Made by a program: the position numbers and the translations under genes. A stretch of DNA of 64,000 nucleotides, from positions 63,993 to 127,992 of the IMG/VR virus record IMGVR_UViG_3300049734_000491; one strand, 5' to 3'. A model generated the notes under the pieces. It did no database searches. It was not told where the DNA came from and saw nothing but the letters and a program-made list of their open reading frames with translations. The stretch is from a virus. Below, piece by piece: positions 9,826-19,252 of the stretch (position 1 is its first letter; the number at the start of each line of letters is the position of its first letter).

Positions 9826-11798
9826 TGTACCTCTACGGCGGCGGTCCGGATGGAACCCCCGAGGTGCCGGGGGACGAACGGTTCCGGCTGCACAAGGACG
9901 TCAAGGCGATCACCAACGAACAGATCATCGAGATCTCCGAGATCGTCCAGAGCTCACACCACATCAACACCAGAGTGATGCGATGCGTGGCCGAGCCCAT
10001 GGTGAAGGTGGCGCTCAAGGGAGCAGAGGCCAACGGGTGCCGGACCCAGCCCTACTTCTGGTCCCGCTGGGATCCTTCGTACTGGACGCCGGTCACCTTC
10101 TTCATCGAGTCGGGATCGATCAGTGAGTCCCTGACCGACGAGACCACCCGTTCGCTCAGCCTGACCTGCCACTCCGAACACTGGACCACCTTCGAGTCGT
10201 TCCAGAACGAGATCTCTCCGTTCCACACCCTGCTGCGGGTCGAGCGAGGGGTCGAGGTCGCCACTTCGACCAGTACGGATCCACCCAGTCCCGGTGAACC
10301 TGTCACCATCTGGATCCCGCTCGGGATCTACCGGGTCCACAAGGTCAACTTCAACCGGGACCACACCGCCGACATCGAGGCGTACTCCCTCGAGCAGGTG
10401 TTGAAGGACTTCCTGTACGAGAAGATCCCAGCACCGCTCGCGTCGGCCAGGCCGTGGATGGGGTTGTGGGAGGAAACCTGGCTGCCCGGTGGTCTCGACA
10501 ACACCGACCCGAACGCCCGGGACTGGTCCCACGTCACCTACGAGCTCAGCAACTCGATCACACCGGATGCGGCAGCCAAGGTGGCTGGGGAGACCTTCCA
10601 GTCAGGATTCCAGGTCGGGACGTCCTTCGCTCGGTGGACCGGGATCCGGGACATGCTCGAGGCCCGCCACTTCAACCTCTACGTCAATCGGGTCGGCAAG
10701 CCGATCGTGGTCCGGATCCCAGAACCACAGGATGCTCCGGCGGACTGGGTTCCACAGGAGATCCAGAACCAGCTCATCATGAACGAGGGTGGCGGGGCCA
10801 ACCTCGGCAACATCGTCAGCCGAACCGAGGACTTCAACCGCGACGGCCTCTTCAACACGATCGTGGCCTACGGGGAAATCGAGGTCGAGAGCAACGCGGA
10901 CGGATCGGCAGGTTCGCCCAGCAAGGCGGGAACACCCGTCGTCACCATCGTCACCGACGACAATCCGGCTTCACCCACCTACGTCGGCGGGCCCTTCGGA
11001 CAGATCGGCATCGAGCTCCACGTCGAGAGTTTGCTGGCGGCCGGCAAGCTCGAGGTCGAGGGCAAGGCGAAGTTGGCTCGGTCCAAGATCCTGACCACTC
11101 GCACCAACCTGTCGCTGCTGCCGAACCCCACCATCGAGGTCGGTGATCGGATCAAGGTCCACTACCCCGACGGGTCGTACCGGTTCTTCATCATCGAGTC
11201 GGCCGACATCCCCCTCACCGTCGACTCCGAGCTCTCGGTGCAAGCCTTCACCTACGACAACAGCCGGACCCTCGCCTGCATCGGCATCCCGACCGACATC
11301 CAGATCTCATGGGGCCCGACCGACTCGGCGATCCGGCTCAACTTCTTGGGGGTGGACGGAGCTACGGGCTATGAGTGGACCTCGGACGCCGCCCTGTTCT
11401 GGAATCCCATCGTCACGACGAACCTCCCGAACGGTCGGGTGGAGATGGAGATCACTGGGCTTCGTCCTCTGACCGACTACTCGATCCGGCTCCGGACCGT
11501 CATGGACAACGACTACGAATGTCCACCCATCCAGTTGATCGACGACGAGTTCGGCATCGCCAGGATCCCGGGAAGTCTGTTAGTGGCCGAAGCCGGCTGG
11601 CCGGGGAGGTTCCAGGACCCGATGGCCACCCCAGCCAACATTGTCATGGCCAACCTGTACGGTGCGTTCCACATCCTGCCGTTGGCTGGGAGCTTGGCTG
11701 GGGTGAACAGCCCGTGGGACCAAGGTGCGTACATTCTCATGGCCGACGGCATGGAAGCGACGTGGACCGGTGACCGGTTCGTCCAGAGGATCGGCTGA
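9825..11798 (+). CDS. Minor tail / baseplate hub protein (DUF5047-like) with C-terminal Fn3-like domain
   Basis: WIPLGIY, SPTYVGGPFG and LPNPTIEVGDRI motifs typical of actinophage minor tail proteins. Confidence 0.75.
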   Translation: MYLYGGGPDGTPEVPGDERFRLHKDVKAITNEQIIEISEIVQSSHHINTRVMRCVAEPMVKVALKGAEANGCRTQPYFWSRWDPSYWTPVTFFIESGSISESLTDETTRSLSLTCHSEHWTTFESFQNEISPFHTLLRVERGVEVATSTSTDPPSPGEPVTIWIPLGIYRVHKVNFNRDHTADIEAYSLEQVLKDFLYEKIPAPLASARPWMGLWEETWLPGGLDNTDPNARDWSHVTYELSNSITPDAAAKVAGETFQSGFQVGTSFARWTGIRDMLEARHFNLYVNRVGKPIVVRIPEPQDAPADWVPQEIQNQLIMNEGGGANLGNIVSRTEDFNRDGLFNTIVAYGEIEVESNADGSAGSPSKAGTPVVTIVTDDNPASPTYVGGPFGQIGIELHVESLLAAGKLEVEGKAKLARSKILTTRTNLSLLPNPTIEVGDRIKVHYPDGSYRFFIIESADIPLTVDSELSVQAFTYDNSRTLACIGIPTDIQISWGPTDSAIRLNFLGVDGATGYEWTSDAALFWNPIVTTNLPNGRVEMEITGLRPLTDYSIRLRTVMDNDYECPPIQLIDDEFGIARIPGSLLVAEAGWPGRFQDPMATPANIVMANLYGAFHILPLAGSLAGVNSPWDQGAYILMADGMEATWTGDRFVQRIG

Positions 11799-12406
11799 TG
11801 CCCAAGAAGAGCTCTGCCTCCGCTCCGGTCCAGTTCAGGACCAGTGCTCCTCCTCCGGTGCTGTCGATGAAGCACATCGGTCGGACGAGCTTGGTCGTGA
11901 CGTGGCCCCACGTCTACGGCGTGTCGGAGTTCATCGACAAGTACCGAGTCACCCTCATGCCCGGAGGCACGTGGGACACCGGACGGCTCAGCAACGAGGG
12001 CGACGCGAAGGAGTGGACCTTCAGCGGTCTCGCCATGAACTACCCGTACGCCATCTCGGTGCAGGCGGTGAACACACCGGTCGGGAAGCCCGAGGCCGTC
12101 GGACCGCCGGGGACGATCTCGGTCTCGACGCTGCCGCAGTGGGCCGAGCCTCCAGCACAGGGGATCGACGGATGGACCGGATCGGCGTACGTGGCCGGTC
12201 GGACGAACCTTCGCTACAACCAGTCAGGGATCTTCGACACCGTGGACAACTGGGCCAAGGCCCAGATCGGTGGGATCCTGGCTGCCGGCGACCCGACGGT
12301 CGATCGCAGGGAGGGCATGACGTGGATCGAGTTCGGGATCAACCATGCTCCCGAGCTCCAGATCCTCGCTGTGGTGATGCGGGCGGGTGACACATGGCCG
12401 GAGTAG
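11798..12406 (+). CDS. Fn3-domain virion protein
   Basis: SLVVTW...YRVTL...FSGL...YAISVQAVN pattern. Confidence 0.6.
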   Translation: MPKKSSASAPVQFRTSAPPPVLSMKHIGRTSLVVTWPHVYGVSEFIDKYRVTLMPGGTWDTGRLSNEGDAKEWTFSGLAMNYPYAISVQAVNTPVGKPEAVGPPGTISVSTLPQWAEPPAQGIDGWTGSAYVAGRTNLRYNQSGIFDTVDNWAKAQIGGILAAGDPTVDRREGMTWIEFGINHAPELQILAVVMRAGDTWPE

Positions 12407-12415
12407 GAGGACCTG

Positions 12416-13141
12416 ATGTCAGCTGTAGGTGACGCGATCGCACAAGAAGCACTCAATGGTCTCGGGACGTGCGAGAACAGTCGTGGGTTGGCGCCGCCCT
12501 ACACCGACACCATCGGAGCACAGGCATGGTGCGGGTCCTTCATCGAGTACTGCTATCGGGTCAACGGCGTGAACCTCCACAGCTACACGTCCAATCCGTA
12601 CTACGTGTCGACGTACTGGGCGGACATGAAGAAGCGAGGGTTCAACCTCGCCCCCAGCCAAGCCGAGCCGGGTGATGCGGCCTTCTACAACTGGGATGGC
12701 GGTCGTGAGGATCACGTCGAGATCGTGATCCAGAACAAGGGGAACGGCGTCCTCGACTGTGTGGGCGGGAACGTCAGCAACTGCGTGAAGCGACAGGACC
12801 GGAGTGGGCACACGCTGATCGGCGTGGCTCGAGTCCCAGAGCTGCGGAGCAGCGACTCCGGAGGAACCGGTGGTCCGGGTGACCCCGACGTGCCCACCCT
12901 GCCAGATCCCATCGGCATGGACTACGGACTCAACATCTACTCCGCCGAGGAACGGAACAACCGCCTCTACGAAGGACCGCTGCAGTACTGCGCCCACAAC
13001 AGCCTGTTGGGGTGGGACGTCTCAGCGATGGGACGGGGAGTGGCGGCGACCAAGTTCAGCATCTGGACCCAGCGGGGGAACTACTGCCTCGACACCGTGT
13101 CGGTGGTGTGGGACTTCGCTGGCAAGCCAAACCCAGATTGA
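12416..13141 (+). CDS. CHAP-domain amidase/peptidase (tail-associated or lysin)
   Basis: AWCGSF (catalytic Cys), PGD, DHVEIV (His) and GGN motifs. Confidence 0.8.
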   Translation: MSAVGDAIAQEALNGLGTCENSRGLAPPYTDTIGAQAWCGSFIEYCYRVNGVNLHSYTSNPYYVSTYWADMKKRGFNLAPSQAEPGDAAFYNWDGGREDHVEIVIQNKGNGVLDCVGGNVSNCVKRQDRSGHTLIGVARVPELRSSDSGGTGGPGDPDVPTLPDPIGMDYGLNIYSAEERNNRLYEGPLQYCAHNSLLGWDVSAMGRGVAATKFSIWTQRGNYCLDTVSVVWDFAGKPNPD

Positions 13142-13150
13142 GGTACTGAA

Positions 13151-13501
13151 ATGCCCATGGACGACAGAAAGTCCCTCCACGCAGGTGCGGTCAAGGGACC
13201 GTCATTCGACAAGCTCGACGGGTTCAAGGACTTCCTCGGTGTGCAGTCGGAGTCCAGCGACCGGGACAACACAGTTCCACAGGTCGTGCTCCGGTACGGC
13301 ATCTTTCGTGGCTGGCGTCCCAACACGCCCACTGGGCAACCCCACCTGGCCATGGTTGATGTCGGTGGTGGGAACACGATCTACGCCCACGTGGTGCACA
13401 CCGATCCCACGTATCCCACTCTGCCGACCGACAGTCGTGTGGTGGTCATGACGTGGGGCGTAGCCCAGGCAATCCTTCTCGGTAGGCTCTATCACGACTG
13501 A
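13151..13501 (+). CDS. Small tail protein (spike OB-fold-like)
   Basis: 116 aa in the tail operon, ends ..RVVVM...ILLGRL. Confidence 0.45.
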   Translation: MPMDDRKSLHAGAVKGPSFDKLDGFKDFLGVQSESSDRDNTVPQVVLRYGIFRGWRPNTPTGQPHLAMVDVGGGNTIYAHVVHTDPTYPTLPTDSRVVVMTWGVAQAILLGRLYHD

Positions 13502-13512
13502 TCGGAATTCCA

Positions 13513-14889
13513 ATGCCCAAGCCCTACAAGACCTTCATCATCCCGACCGGACAGGATGAAGCGAACATCCCCTTCATCTTCGAGCAGTTCATCGACTCCG
13601 GTCTCAAGACCGGCTCGGTCATCGCCCACTTCGCCAGCATGGCTGATGCTGACGCGGCTGCGGCGACGGGAGCGTTCCCCTACGGGTCGATGGCTTGGGT
13701 CAACGCCGTGCTCTGCCGCAGCACGGGCACGAGGTTCGAGCCGGTGCTCAGCCCCTACATGAGCACCTATGCGTACTTCAACTCTGTGTCGGGACGGGAC
13801 GACTTCTTCCTGAACGACGCAGAGGGTGGAACGCCGGCGATCGGACAGCTCGCGGTGGTCGGGCCAGCCAACGAGATCAACCTGACGGTCTACGACGGGA
13901 CCAAGTGGTTGAGTGCGACCGACTACATGTACCGACAGGGCCGACTTCTCGGGGACCACACGGGGAACACCGTGAACATCGGTGACCCGAACAACCCCAA
14001 GGGGACGCCGTACAACCCAGGTGGGTTCCGAGATGCTGAGGGATGGGCGATCAACCTCGCCGGCAACACGTTCGTGGACGGTGCGATGAACGTCCACGAC
14101 CCATTGGGTGCCTACGACGAGTTCCATACCCATGGACCAGTGAACTTCCGAGACGGTGCCATCACGGTCCACGGCAGCACCTCCTTCGACGTCCACACGT
14201 GGACCAACTTCTGGCGGAACGTCAGTCTCAAGGGGGACGTCTATATCGAAGCCAACAAGATGTACTCGTGGGATTCCTTCATCGGGAACATCTACCCGAA
14301 CGGTGGAGAGAACGGGTACATCCACTCCCGCGGCAACCACAAGATCTGGAACACGCTCATCGTCAACCAGGCTGCATACATCACCGGCGGAATCGTGATG
14401 AACGTGGGTAGCAACCTCAGTGGAGGTGACAACGTCGACGCCAACTCGATCACCGGCAACGTGCTGTGGTCTCGTGGAAGCGTTCTCGGCACTGCGTTCA
14501 TCACGACCTCCGACAGTCGGCTCAAGTCCGACATTCGCTCCGCACCGGTCGGGGCGCTGGACATCGTCGAAGCGGTACCGACCAAGAGCTATTCGATGGA
14601 CGGAGCGAAGACGACCTTCGGTTGGCAGGCGGAGCGGGTACAGGAAGTCCTTCCCACTGCTGTTGTGGAGACCGACACCACTGCCTACGCTCCGCCCCCG
14701 ATCGATTCCAGCCAGGTTCCTGAAGGATTCTCGGTGCCCGAACCGCCAGACGGTCCAAACTTCACCGATCTCAAGTCGATCAACTTGAGCGAGATGACCG
14801 CCACGCTGTGGAAGGCGGTGCAGGAGCTCTCGGCCGAGGTGCGCGATCTCAAGACGCAGTTGGCTGGCCTGACAGGTCCTCCGGCCTGA
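13513..14889 (+). CDS. Tail fibre/spike with C-terminal peptidase S74 intramolecular chaperone
   Basis: TSDSRLKSDI autocleavage motif, FGWQAERVQEVLP, terminal coiled coil KAVQELSAEV. Confidence 0.85.
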   Translation: MPKPYKTFIIPTGQDEANIPFIFEQFIDSGLKTGSVIAHFASMADADAAAATGAFPYGSMAWVNAVLCRSTGTRFEPVLSPYMSTYAYFNSVSGRDDFFLNDAEGGTPAIGQLAVVGPANEINLTVYDGTKWLSATDYMYRQGRLLGDHTGNTVNIGDPNNPKGTPYNPGGFRDAEGWAINLAGNTFVDGAMNVHDPLGAYDEFHTHGPVNFRDGAITVHGSTSFDVHTWTNFWRNVSLKGDVYIEANKMYSWDSFIGNIYPNGGENGYIHSRGNHKIWNTLIVNQAAYITGGIVMNVGSNLSGGDNVDANSITGNVLWSRGSVLGTAFITTSDSRLKSDIRSAPVGALDIVEAVPTKSYSMDGAKTTFGWQAERVQEVLPTAVVETDTTAYAPPPIDSSQVPEGFSVPEPPDGPNFTDLKSINLSEMTATLWKAVQELSAEVRDLKTQLAGLTGPPA

Positions 14890-14985
14890 GAATTGGCGGT
14901 TCTCCACGTGGTTCGACCTCGGTATCTGTAGTACCTTGGCATTGGTCTGATGTGGCAGATCAACACCCACCGAACATCGTGAAGG

Positions 14986-15576
14986 ATGGAAATGGCCAAG
15001 GTCACAACCGAACGAATCGCCCGTGCGCGTCTGAAGAAGGAAGAAGCGATCCAGAACCTGAAGGATCTGGTCGTCCAGTCCGTCAACGACGGGGTCCTGC
15101 TGCGTGACGCCTCCGAAGCGGCTGGGGTCACCTACGAGACCGTCCGGCTCTGGAGGCTCGAGGCCGGCCAGGTCGTCGATGCCCGCCGCAAGGGCACCCC
15201 GACCGCCGAGACGAAGAAGCGGATGCAGTCCGCGAAGCGCGTCGCCGAGCAGATCCGTGCCAACGGAATCGCCCCGACGGCCGCTGCTCCAGCCAAGAAG
15301 AAGGCCCCAGCCAAGAAGAAGGCCTCGGCGCCCGTGGCCCCAGAAGCACCCCCCACCGAAACCGAGGCCCCAACGGCGCCGGTGAGGAAGGCTCCGGCCA
15401 AGAAGAAGGCTGCTCCGAAGACGGCGAGGAAGTCCACGACGACCAAGGCGCCTGTTCCCCTTCCGGCCACGGCTGCAGCTCTCAACGGAGGCGGTGAGCT
15501 CACGACGGCCCAGCGTCGGCGCCTCGAGGCGGCCGAGGCCGCTCGGGCCAAGAAGCTGGCCGCAGCAGGCAAGTGA
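14986..15576 (+). CDS. HTH DNA-binding protein with histone H1-like PAKK tail
   Basis: LRDASEAAGVTYETVRLW HTH; repeated APAKKKA. Confidence 0.7.
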   Translation: MEMAKVTTERIARARLKKEEAIQNLKDLVVQSVNDGVLLRDASEAAGVTYETVRLWRLEAGQVVDARRKGTPTAETKKRMQSAKRVAEQIRANGIAPTAAAPAKKKAPAKKKASAPVAPEAPPTETEAPTAPVRKAPAKKKAAPKTARKSTTTKAPVPLPATAAALNGGGELTTAQRRRLEAAEAARAKKLAAAGK

Positions 15577-15755
15577 TGCGGCTCCGGATCACGGTGCGGG
15601 GCACCGACACGGAGCTCAGGGGCTACATCGACATCGATGACGACATGGAGCGGTTGAAGGCGTTCGCCGCTGCGATGGAGCCCTTCGGACTCGTGCTGGC
15701 CTCAGAAGCCGATGAGGACTACGACCCCTTCGTCTGGGTCGATCCGGGAACCTGA
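15573..15755 (+). CDS. Hypothetical protein
   Basis: GTGA overlap with the upstream gene; phage-like codon usage. Confidence 0.5.
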   Translation: MMRLRITVRGTDTELRGYIDIDDDMERLKAFAAAMEPFGLVLASEADEDYDPFVWVDPGT

Positions 15756-15898
15756 CCCCATACGCGGAACGACCGCCCCGAAGGACGGCCGTTCCACACA
15801 ACAACAACAGGACAACCACATCCCGTTGTCGATGAGTGTAGCACCAACCGTTTCACCCACGCCAGTCCCTTCACGAATCCTGAGGGAATCTGCAGAAC

Positions 15899-16423
15899 TC
15901 ACGACTGACGCTGCCGAGCCCTCCAACGTCGACCAGCTTCTCGCTGACACGTTCGACAACGACGAAACCCTTTCGGGTCGATGTACGTGTTCGCTGTGTC
16001 GTAGGGATGTCCGAACGGACAGCTGGTCATGTGTTCGTAGCGTCGACGTAGGTTCTCGGAGCGCGTAACCGGCTCGAGATGCTCAGGATTCACACACAGC
16101 GTGTTGAGGCAGAGGTGATCAAGGTCCAAGTCATCTGGAACCTTGGGTCCAAGCGCTTCGTAGATAAGTCGGTGTGCTCGATGAGTGCGACCCTGCCACT
16201 TGATCTGACCGTACCCATCACTACTGACTGTTCCTTTCCACTGCCAACAACCTGAGCTAGGGACAATTTCGTAGAGACGGTGTAAACGATCTTCAAGAGT
16301 CTCGTCACGAAATGCCCCACCAGCGTAAGGATCACCGTACCGCGACTGTCGATAGTGGTGAGGTCCGCAAAATCCATCTGCTCTGATCGGACGAGAGCAG
16401 TCTGGCAGCAAGCACTCAGACAT
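15899..16423 (-). CDS. HNH homing endonuclease
   Basis: CWQWKG..DGYG..AHRL..DHLCLNTLCVNPEHLEPV..EN. Confidence 0.88.
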   Translation of the reverse strand: MSECLLPDCSRPIRADGFCGPHHYRQSRYGDPYAGGAFRDETLEDRLHRLYEIVPSSGCWQWKGTVSSDGYGQIKWQGRTHRAHRLIYEALGPKVPDDLDLDHLCLNTLCVNPEHLEPVTRSENLRRRYEHMTSCPFGHPYDTANTYIDPKGFRRCRTCQREAGRRWRARQRQS

Positions 16424-16434
16424 CAACGTGAACT

Positions 16435-17736
16435 CTAATCGTACGGAAGCTCCAAGTGCTTCAGAATGTGGTACGCCAACCAACGTGCCACCGGTGAAGC
16501 GATCCCATTACCAATCATCTTGTATCGTGCACTATCTGGGATTTCGTTGCCACTTGAATCCCATCTAGTATGATCATCCGGCCAGCCCTGCAGTCGCTCA
16601 CACTCCCGAGGCGTGAGCCGTCGAACCCCGATCATGTCCCCAGCTACCTGTGGGACACCAGCTCCGTTGGCCACCCGTAGCGTCGGGGTGAACTTGTCCG
16701 ACACCTGCTCGTCGTGCAGGTTGTTCCCGTTGAACGAGACCACCGCCGGAGCGTGGCCGTCCGCCGGCAGCGTGGGCGAAGGATCCCCGGGCTTGGGATG
16801 GGATCGGTTGGTCTTGCTGGTGATCTGGGCGGTGTCGAACGGCATCGGCTCAGCCACGACCGTGTACATCCCCTTGTCGAGGCGGGTGGGGATCCCCTTG
16901 TAGTCGCGAGCTGTCAGCGTGTTGGCCATCTCTGGGATGAAGGTCATGCGCTCGGTGTCGGGTGACCAGCCACGTCGACCGGACCCCCCGCCCAGCGTGC
17001 CGGCCACGTCGGGGATCAAGTGGTTGGCTTGGGCGGAGTTGTCATCCGCGCCGCAACCTGCTCCAACGCCGTTTGCAGTGAGGGCGGAAGCGATCGTCCC
17101 CGACTTGCTGCCCTTCGCAGGATCCCGGCGCACCCTTTCGGTGACAGGAAGTATTTGGGGTCCACCGACTCTTCCAAGATCGAAGCAAGCGACGACGAAC
17201 ACTCGTCGGCGCCGTTGGGGGACTCCGCAGAAACGAGCATCCAGCACTCGCCACTGGATGTCCACCGCCCCGCATTCGGCCAAGAGGTCGAGGACTTGCG
17301 CGAAGTCGTCGCCCTGAGAGCTTGAGAGGGCGCCTCCGACGTTCTCCCAGACAGCATATGAGGGGATTCGTCCAAGGTCACGGTACTCCTTGATGATCCT
17401 GATCGCCTCGAGGAACAACCCCGAGCGAGTTCCTTCCTTCATGCCAGCTCGTTGACCCGAGATCGACAGATCTTGGCACGGGCTGCCGAAGCTGATGATG
17501 TCGCAGGGCGGCAGGTCCACTGCCTTCACGTCGGAGACATCGCCCCAGCGAGGTGTGTCCGGCCAGTGCCGAGCCAGGATCTCGTTGCACCACGAGTCCC
17601 ACTCGACCAGTCCCACGGTGTTGGCCCCGACTGCCTCGAAACCGAGATCCATGCCACCGACGCCGGCGAACAGGGAGAGGTGGTCGGCCCGAGGAGTGGC
17701 GATCCGTCGCTGTCGTCGGCGAGTTGGGGTAGCCAT
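16435..17736 (-). CDS. DNA (cytosine-5)-methyltransferase
   Basis: Motif I FAGVGG, motif IV GSPCQD, motif VI ENV, motif VIII QRRRRVF, LTPRECERLQG, motif X GN. Confidence 0.95.
   Translation of the reverse strand: MATPTRRRQRRIATPRADHLSLFAGVGGMDLGFEAVGANTVGLVEWDSWCNEILARHWPDTPRWGDVSDVKAVDLPPCDIISFGSPCQDLSISGQRAGMKEGTRSGLFLEAIRIIKEYRDLGRIPSYAVWENVGGALSSSQGDDFAQVLDLLAECGAVDIQWRVLDARFCGVPQRRRRVFVVACFDLGRVGGPQILPVTERVRRDPAKGSKSGTIASALTANGVGAGCGADDNSAQANHLIPDVAGTLGGGSGRRGWSPDTERMTFIPEMANTLTARDYKGIPTRLDKGMYTVVAEPMPFDTAQITSKTNRSHPKPGDPSPTLPADGHAPAVVSFNGNNLHDEQVSDKFTPTLRVANGAGVPQVAGDMIGVRRLTPRECERLQGWPDDHTRWDSSGNEIPDSARYKMIGNGIASPVARWLAYHILKHLELPYD
17016..17381 (-). CDS. Overprinted alternative-frame methyltransferase subunit (M.EcoHK31I beta-like)
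   Basis: SSLASILE..KYFLSPKGCAGILRRAASRGRSLPPSL, nested in the methyltransferase on the same strand in another frame. Confidence 0.65.
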   Translation of the reverse strand: MTLDESPHMLSGRTSEAPSQALRATTSRKSSTSWPNAGRWTSSGECWMLVSAESPNGADECSSSLASILEESVDPKYFLSPKGCAGILRRAASRGRSLPPSLQTALEQVAARMTTPPKPTT

Positions 17737-17763
17737 GGTCGGAGCTTACTCGGTCGACCAGGC

Positions 17764-18048
17764 TCAGCCGGGAATGGTCAACTCATTTCGGCGCTTCCGT
17801 CGTCGGCTCGTCTGGCGGTTCTTGGCCTCATCGGTGGTGGGCCCCTCCATCATCACGACGCGGACGAGCCACTGGCGGCGGCACCGAGTGTTCACGCACT
17901 GCACCACCGTCACGGCCGTGTCGGTGGAGGGTTCCTGACCCGTCTTGTGGGTGTCCCCATCACGGTCGGACTGGAAGGTGTTGCTGTTCACGTGGTCGAC
18001 CTGTCCACCACAGCGGAGGCAGGTCACATCGAGTTGGTATCGGCTCAC
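17764..18048 (-). CDS. Zinc-ribbon protein
   Basis: CLRC...CVNTRC; TAGTAT box 6 nt before the GTG start. Confidence 0.55.
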   Translation of the reverse strand: MSRYQLDVTCLRCGGQVDHVNSNTFQSDRDGDTHKTGQEPSTDTAVTVVQCVNTRCRRQWLVRVVMMEGPTTDEAKNRQTSRRRKRRNELTIPG

Positions 18049-18079
18049 AGGGCCATACTACAACTCATTGGTGAAACCC

Positions 18080-18358
18080 CGCCACCGCCGGCCGTGATTC
18101 CTGTGGCTGTCGGTGGGCTTTTGTCCGACGGTGGCGTGAGATGCCCCGCACCGCCAACCGCTCCTCGAAAGGCTGTCGAGGTAACTTCAGGTTGACGGTG
18201 CGGGAACCCGATGATCGCCACTGGTCTTGGCTGTCGATGCGACATCGGATCATTGGGTCGAGGGAGGGGCGGCTGTCGGATGTCCAATGGACCCTAGAAG
18301 GTGTCACCGCTGGCCGGAGTGCTTACAGCTGTCGCGAACTCTATGGGCCAGCGGTGAC
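18080..18358 (-). ncRNA. TIGR-like stem-loop guide array 1 (five units)
   Basis: Five hairpins whose loops read, on the - strand, NNN-N9-CGACAG-CYN-N9-CG with different spacers (one second spacer is 10 nt); directly downstream of the Tas-like gene. Confidence 0.85.
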
Positions 18359-18363
18359 GAGTA

Positions 18364-19218
18364 TTACAGACCCTCCTCTGACTTCCAGCGGGGCGGGAGG
18401 CCCGAAGCGACACGCCACAGGTCGATGCCGATCTGCTTGGCGGTGAACCGGAGGGCGGCGTTGTGCTTGTGGGCCTGCGTCCACTCCTCGCGGGCCTCGT
18501 ACTTCGCCTTGGCCTGATCGTAGGCATCACGGTAGGGAGACCGACGACGGGGCGCCCGTGTTACGGCTGTCGCGGCATTCGCGGCCGCGTCGTCGGTCAG
18601 GATGACGGGATCATCGGTACCACCACCGGTCGCGCACAGCCCAGCTCCCGTAACCACATCGGACTCGGTGGTGGTACCGGCCGAGCCGATCTGCTTGACG
18701 CAGGACTCGGCGAGCAGGTGGAGCAGCATCTTCGCCACGGGGTTGCCCAGAGCGAGGGTGTCTGCCTGGTCCATCCCCTTGCGGCGCTTGGCCGCGGGGT
18801 CGCCGTGGCCGCAGTAGGCCAGCAGCTGGCGGGGCGTGCGGTCGAACGGCTCGAGCGCCACGAGGTGGCGATCCTTGCCGCAGCGGAACGAGCACTCGTG
18901 CCCCTCGGGGGACTCGTCCATCCAGATCCACGGCTCGGCGTGGATGGGATCACCGATGGCACCGAGCAGGCGAGCCACGGTGTGCTCACCCAGTCCGACG
19001 GTGTCTCGGGCCCACGCGTAGAGCTCGGGGGCGGCGACACGGAAGGTCCGCTTCATCGCCAGCGCCAGCATCTTCTCGGTGGCCTGCAGGTTGGTCACGT
19101 GCTGGGTCATGGCCTCGGGGGCCGCTGGGATGTGGCGGAGTCTGTGCTCCGTGGCGATCCGCAGCTTCTGGGCATCGTGATAGCTCTCGGCGATCACCTT
19201 CAATTGGTCGTAGCTCAT
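18364..19218 (-). CDS. TasA-like Nop-domain RNA-guided DNA-binding protein 1 (IS110 C-terminal-like, no RuvC)
   Basis: Coiled coil, GLGEHTVARLLGAIG, QLLAYCG, GNPVAKMLL, SPYRDAYD..K, HKHNAALRFTAK; no DEDD domain; adjacent array. Confidence 0.8.
   Translation of the reverse strand: MSYDQLKVIAESYHDAQKLRIATEHRLRHIPAAPEAMTQHVTNLQATEKMLALAMKRTFRVAAPELYAWARDTVGLGEHTVARLLGAIGDPIHAEPWIWMDESPEGHECSFRCGKDRHLVALEPFDRTPRQLLAYCGHGDPAAKRRKGMDQADTLALGNPVAKMLLHLLAESCVKQIGSAGTTTESDVVTGAGLCATGGGTDDPVILTDDAAANAATAVTRAPRRRSPYRDAYDQAKAKYEAREEWTQAHKHNAALRFTAKQIGIDLWRVASGLPPRWKSEEGL
18540..18679 (-). ncRNA. Two guide hairpins embedded in frame in Tas-like gene 1
   Basis: CCG-ATGTGGTTA-CGGGAG-CTG-GGCTGTGCG-CG (18615-18679) and CCG-CGAATGCCG-CGACAG-CCG-TAACACGGG-CG (18540-18597), each closed by a long stem. 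Confidence 0.8.
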
Positions 19219-19252
19219 TGTCTTGTCCTTTGGTCGTTGTCGTTGTCGTTGG

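Noticed and set aside
18080-18358. CRISPR array or tandem terminators
   Set aside because: No identical direct repeats and no U-tails; the stems vary while loop positions are fixed.
18364-19218. IS110/IS116 transposase call for this ORF and for 60018-60866
   Set aside because: No N-terminal DEDD RuvC domain and no catalytic Ser-Gly loop; multi-unit dual-spacer arrays fit a Tas-like system better than an insertion sequence.
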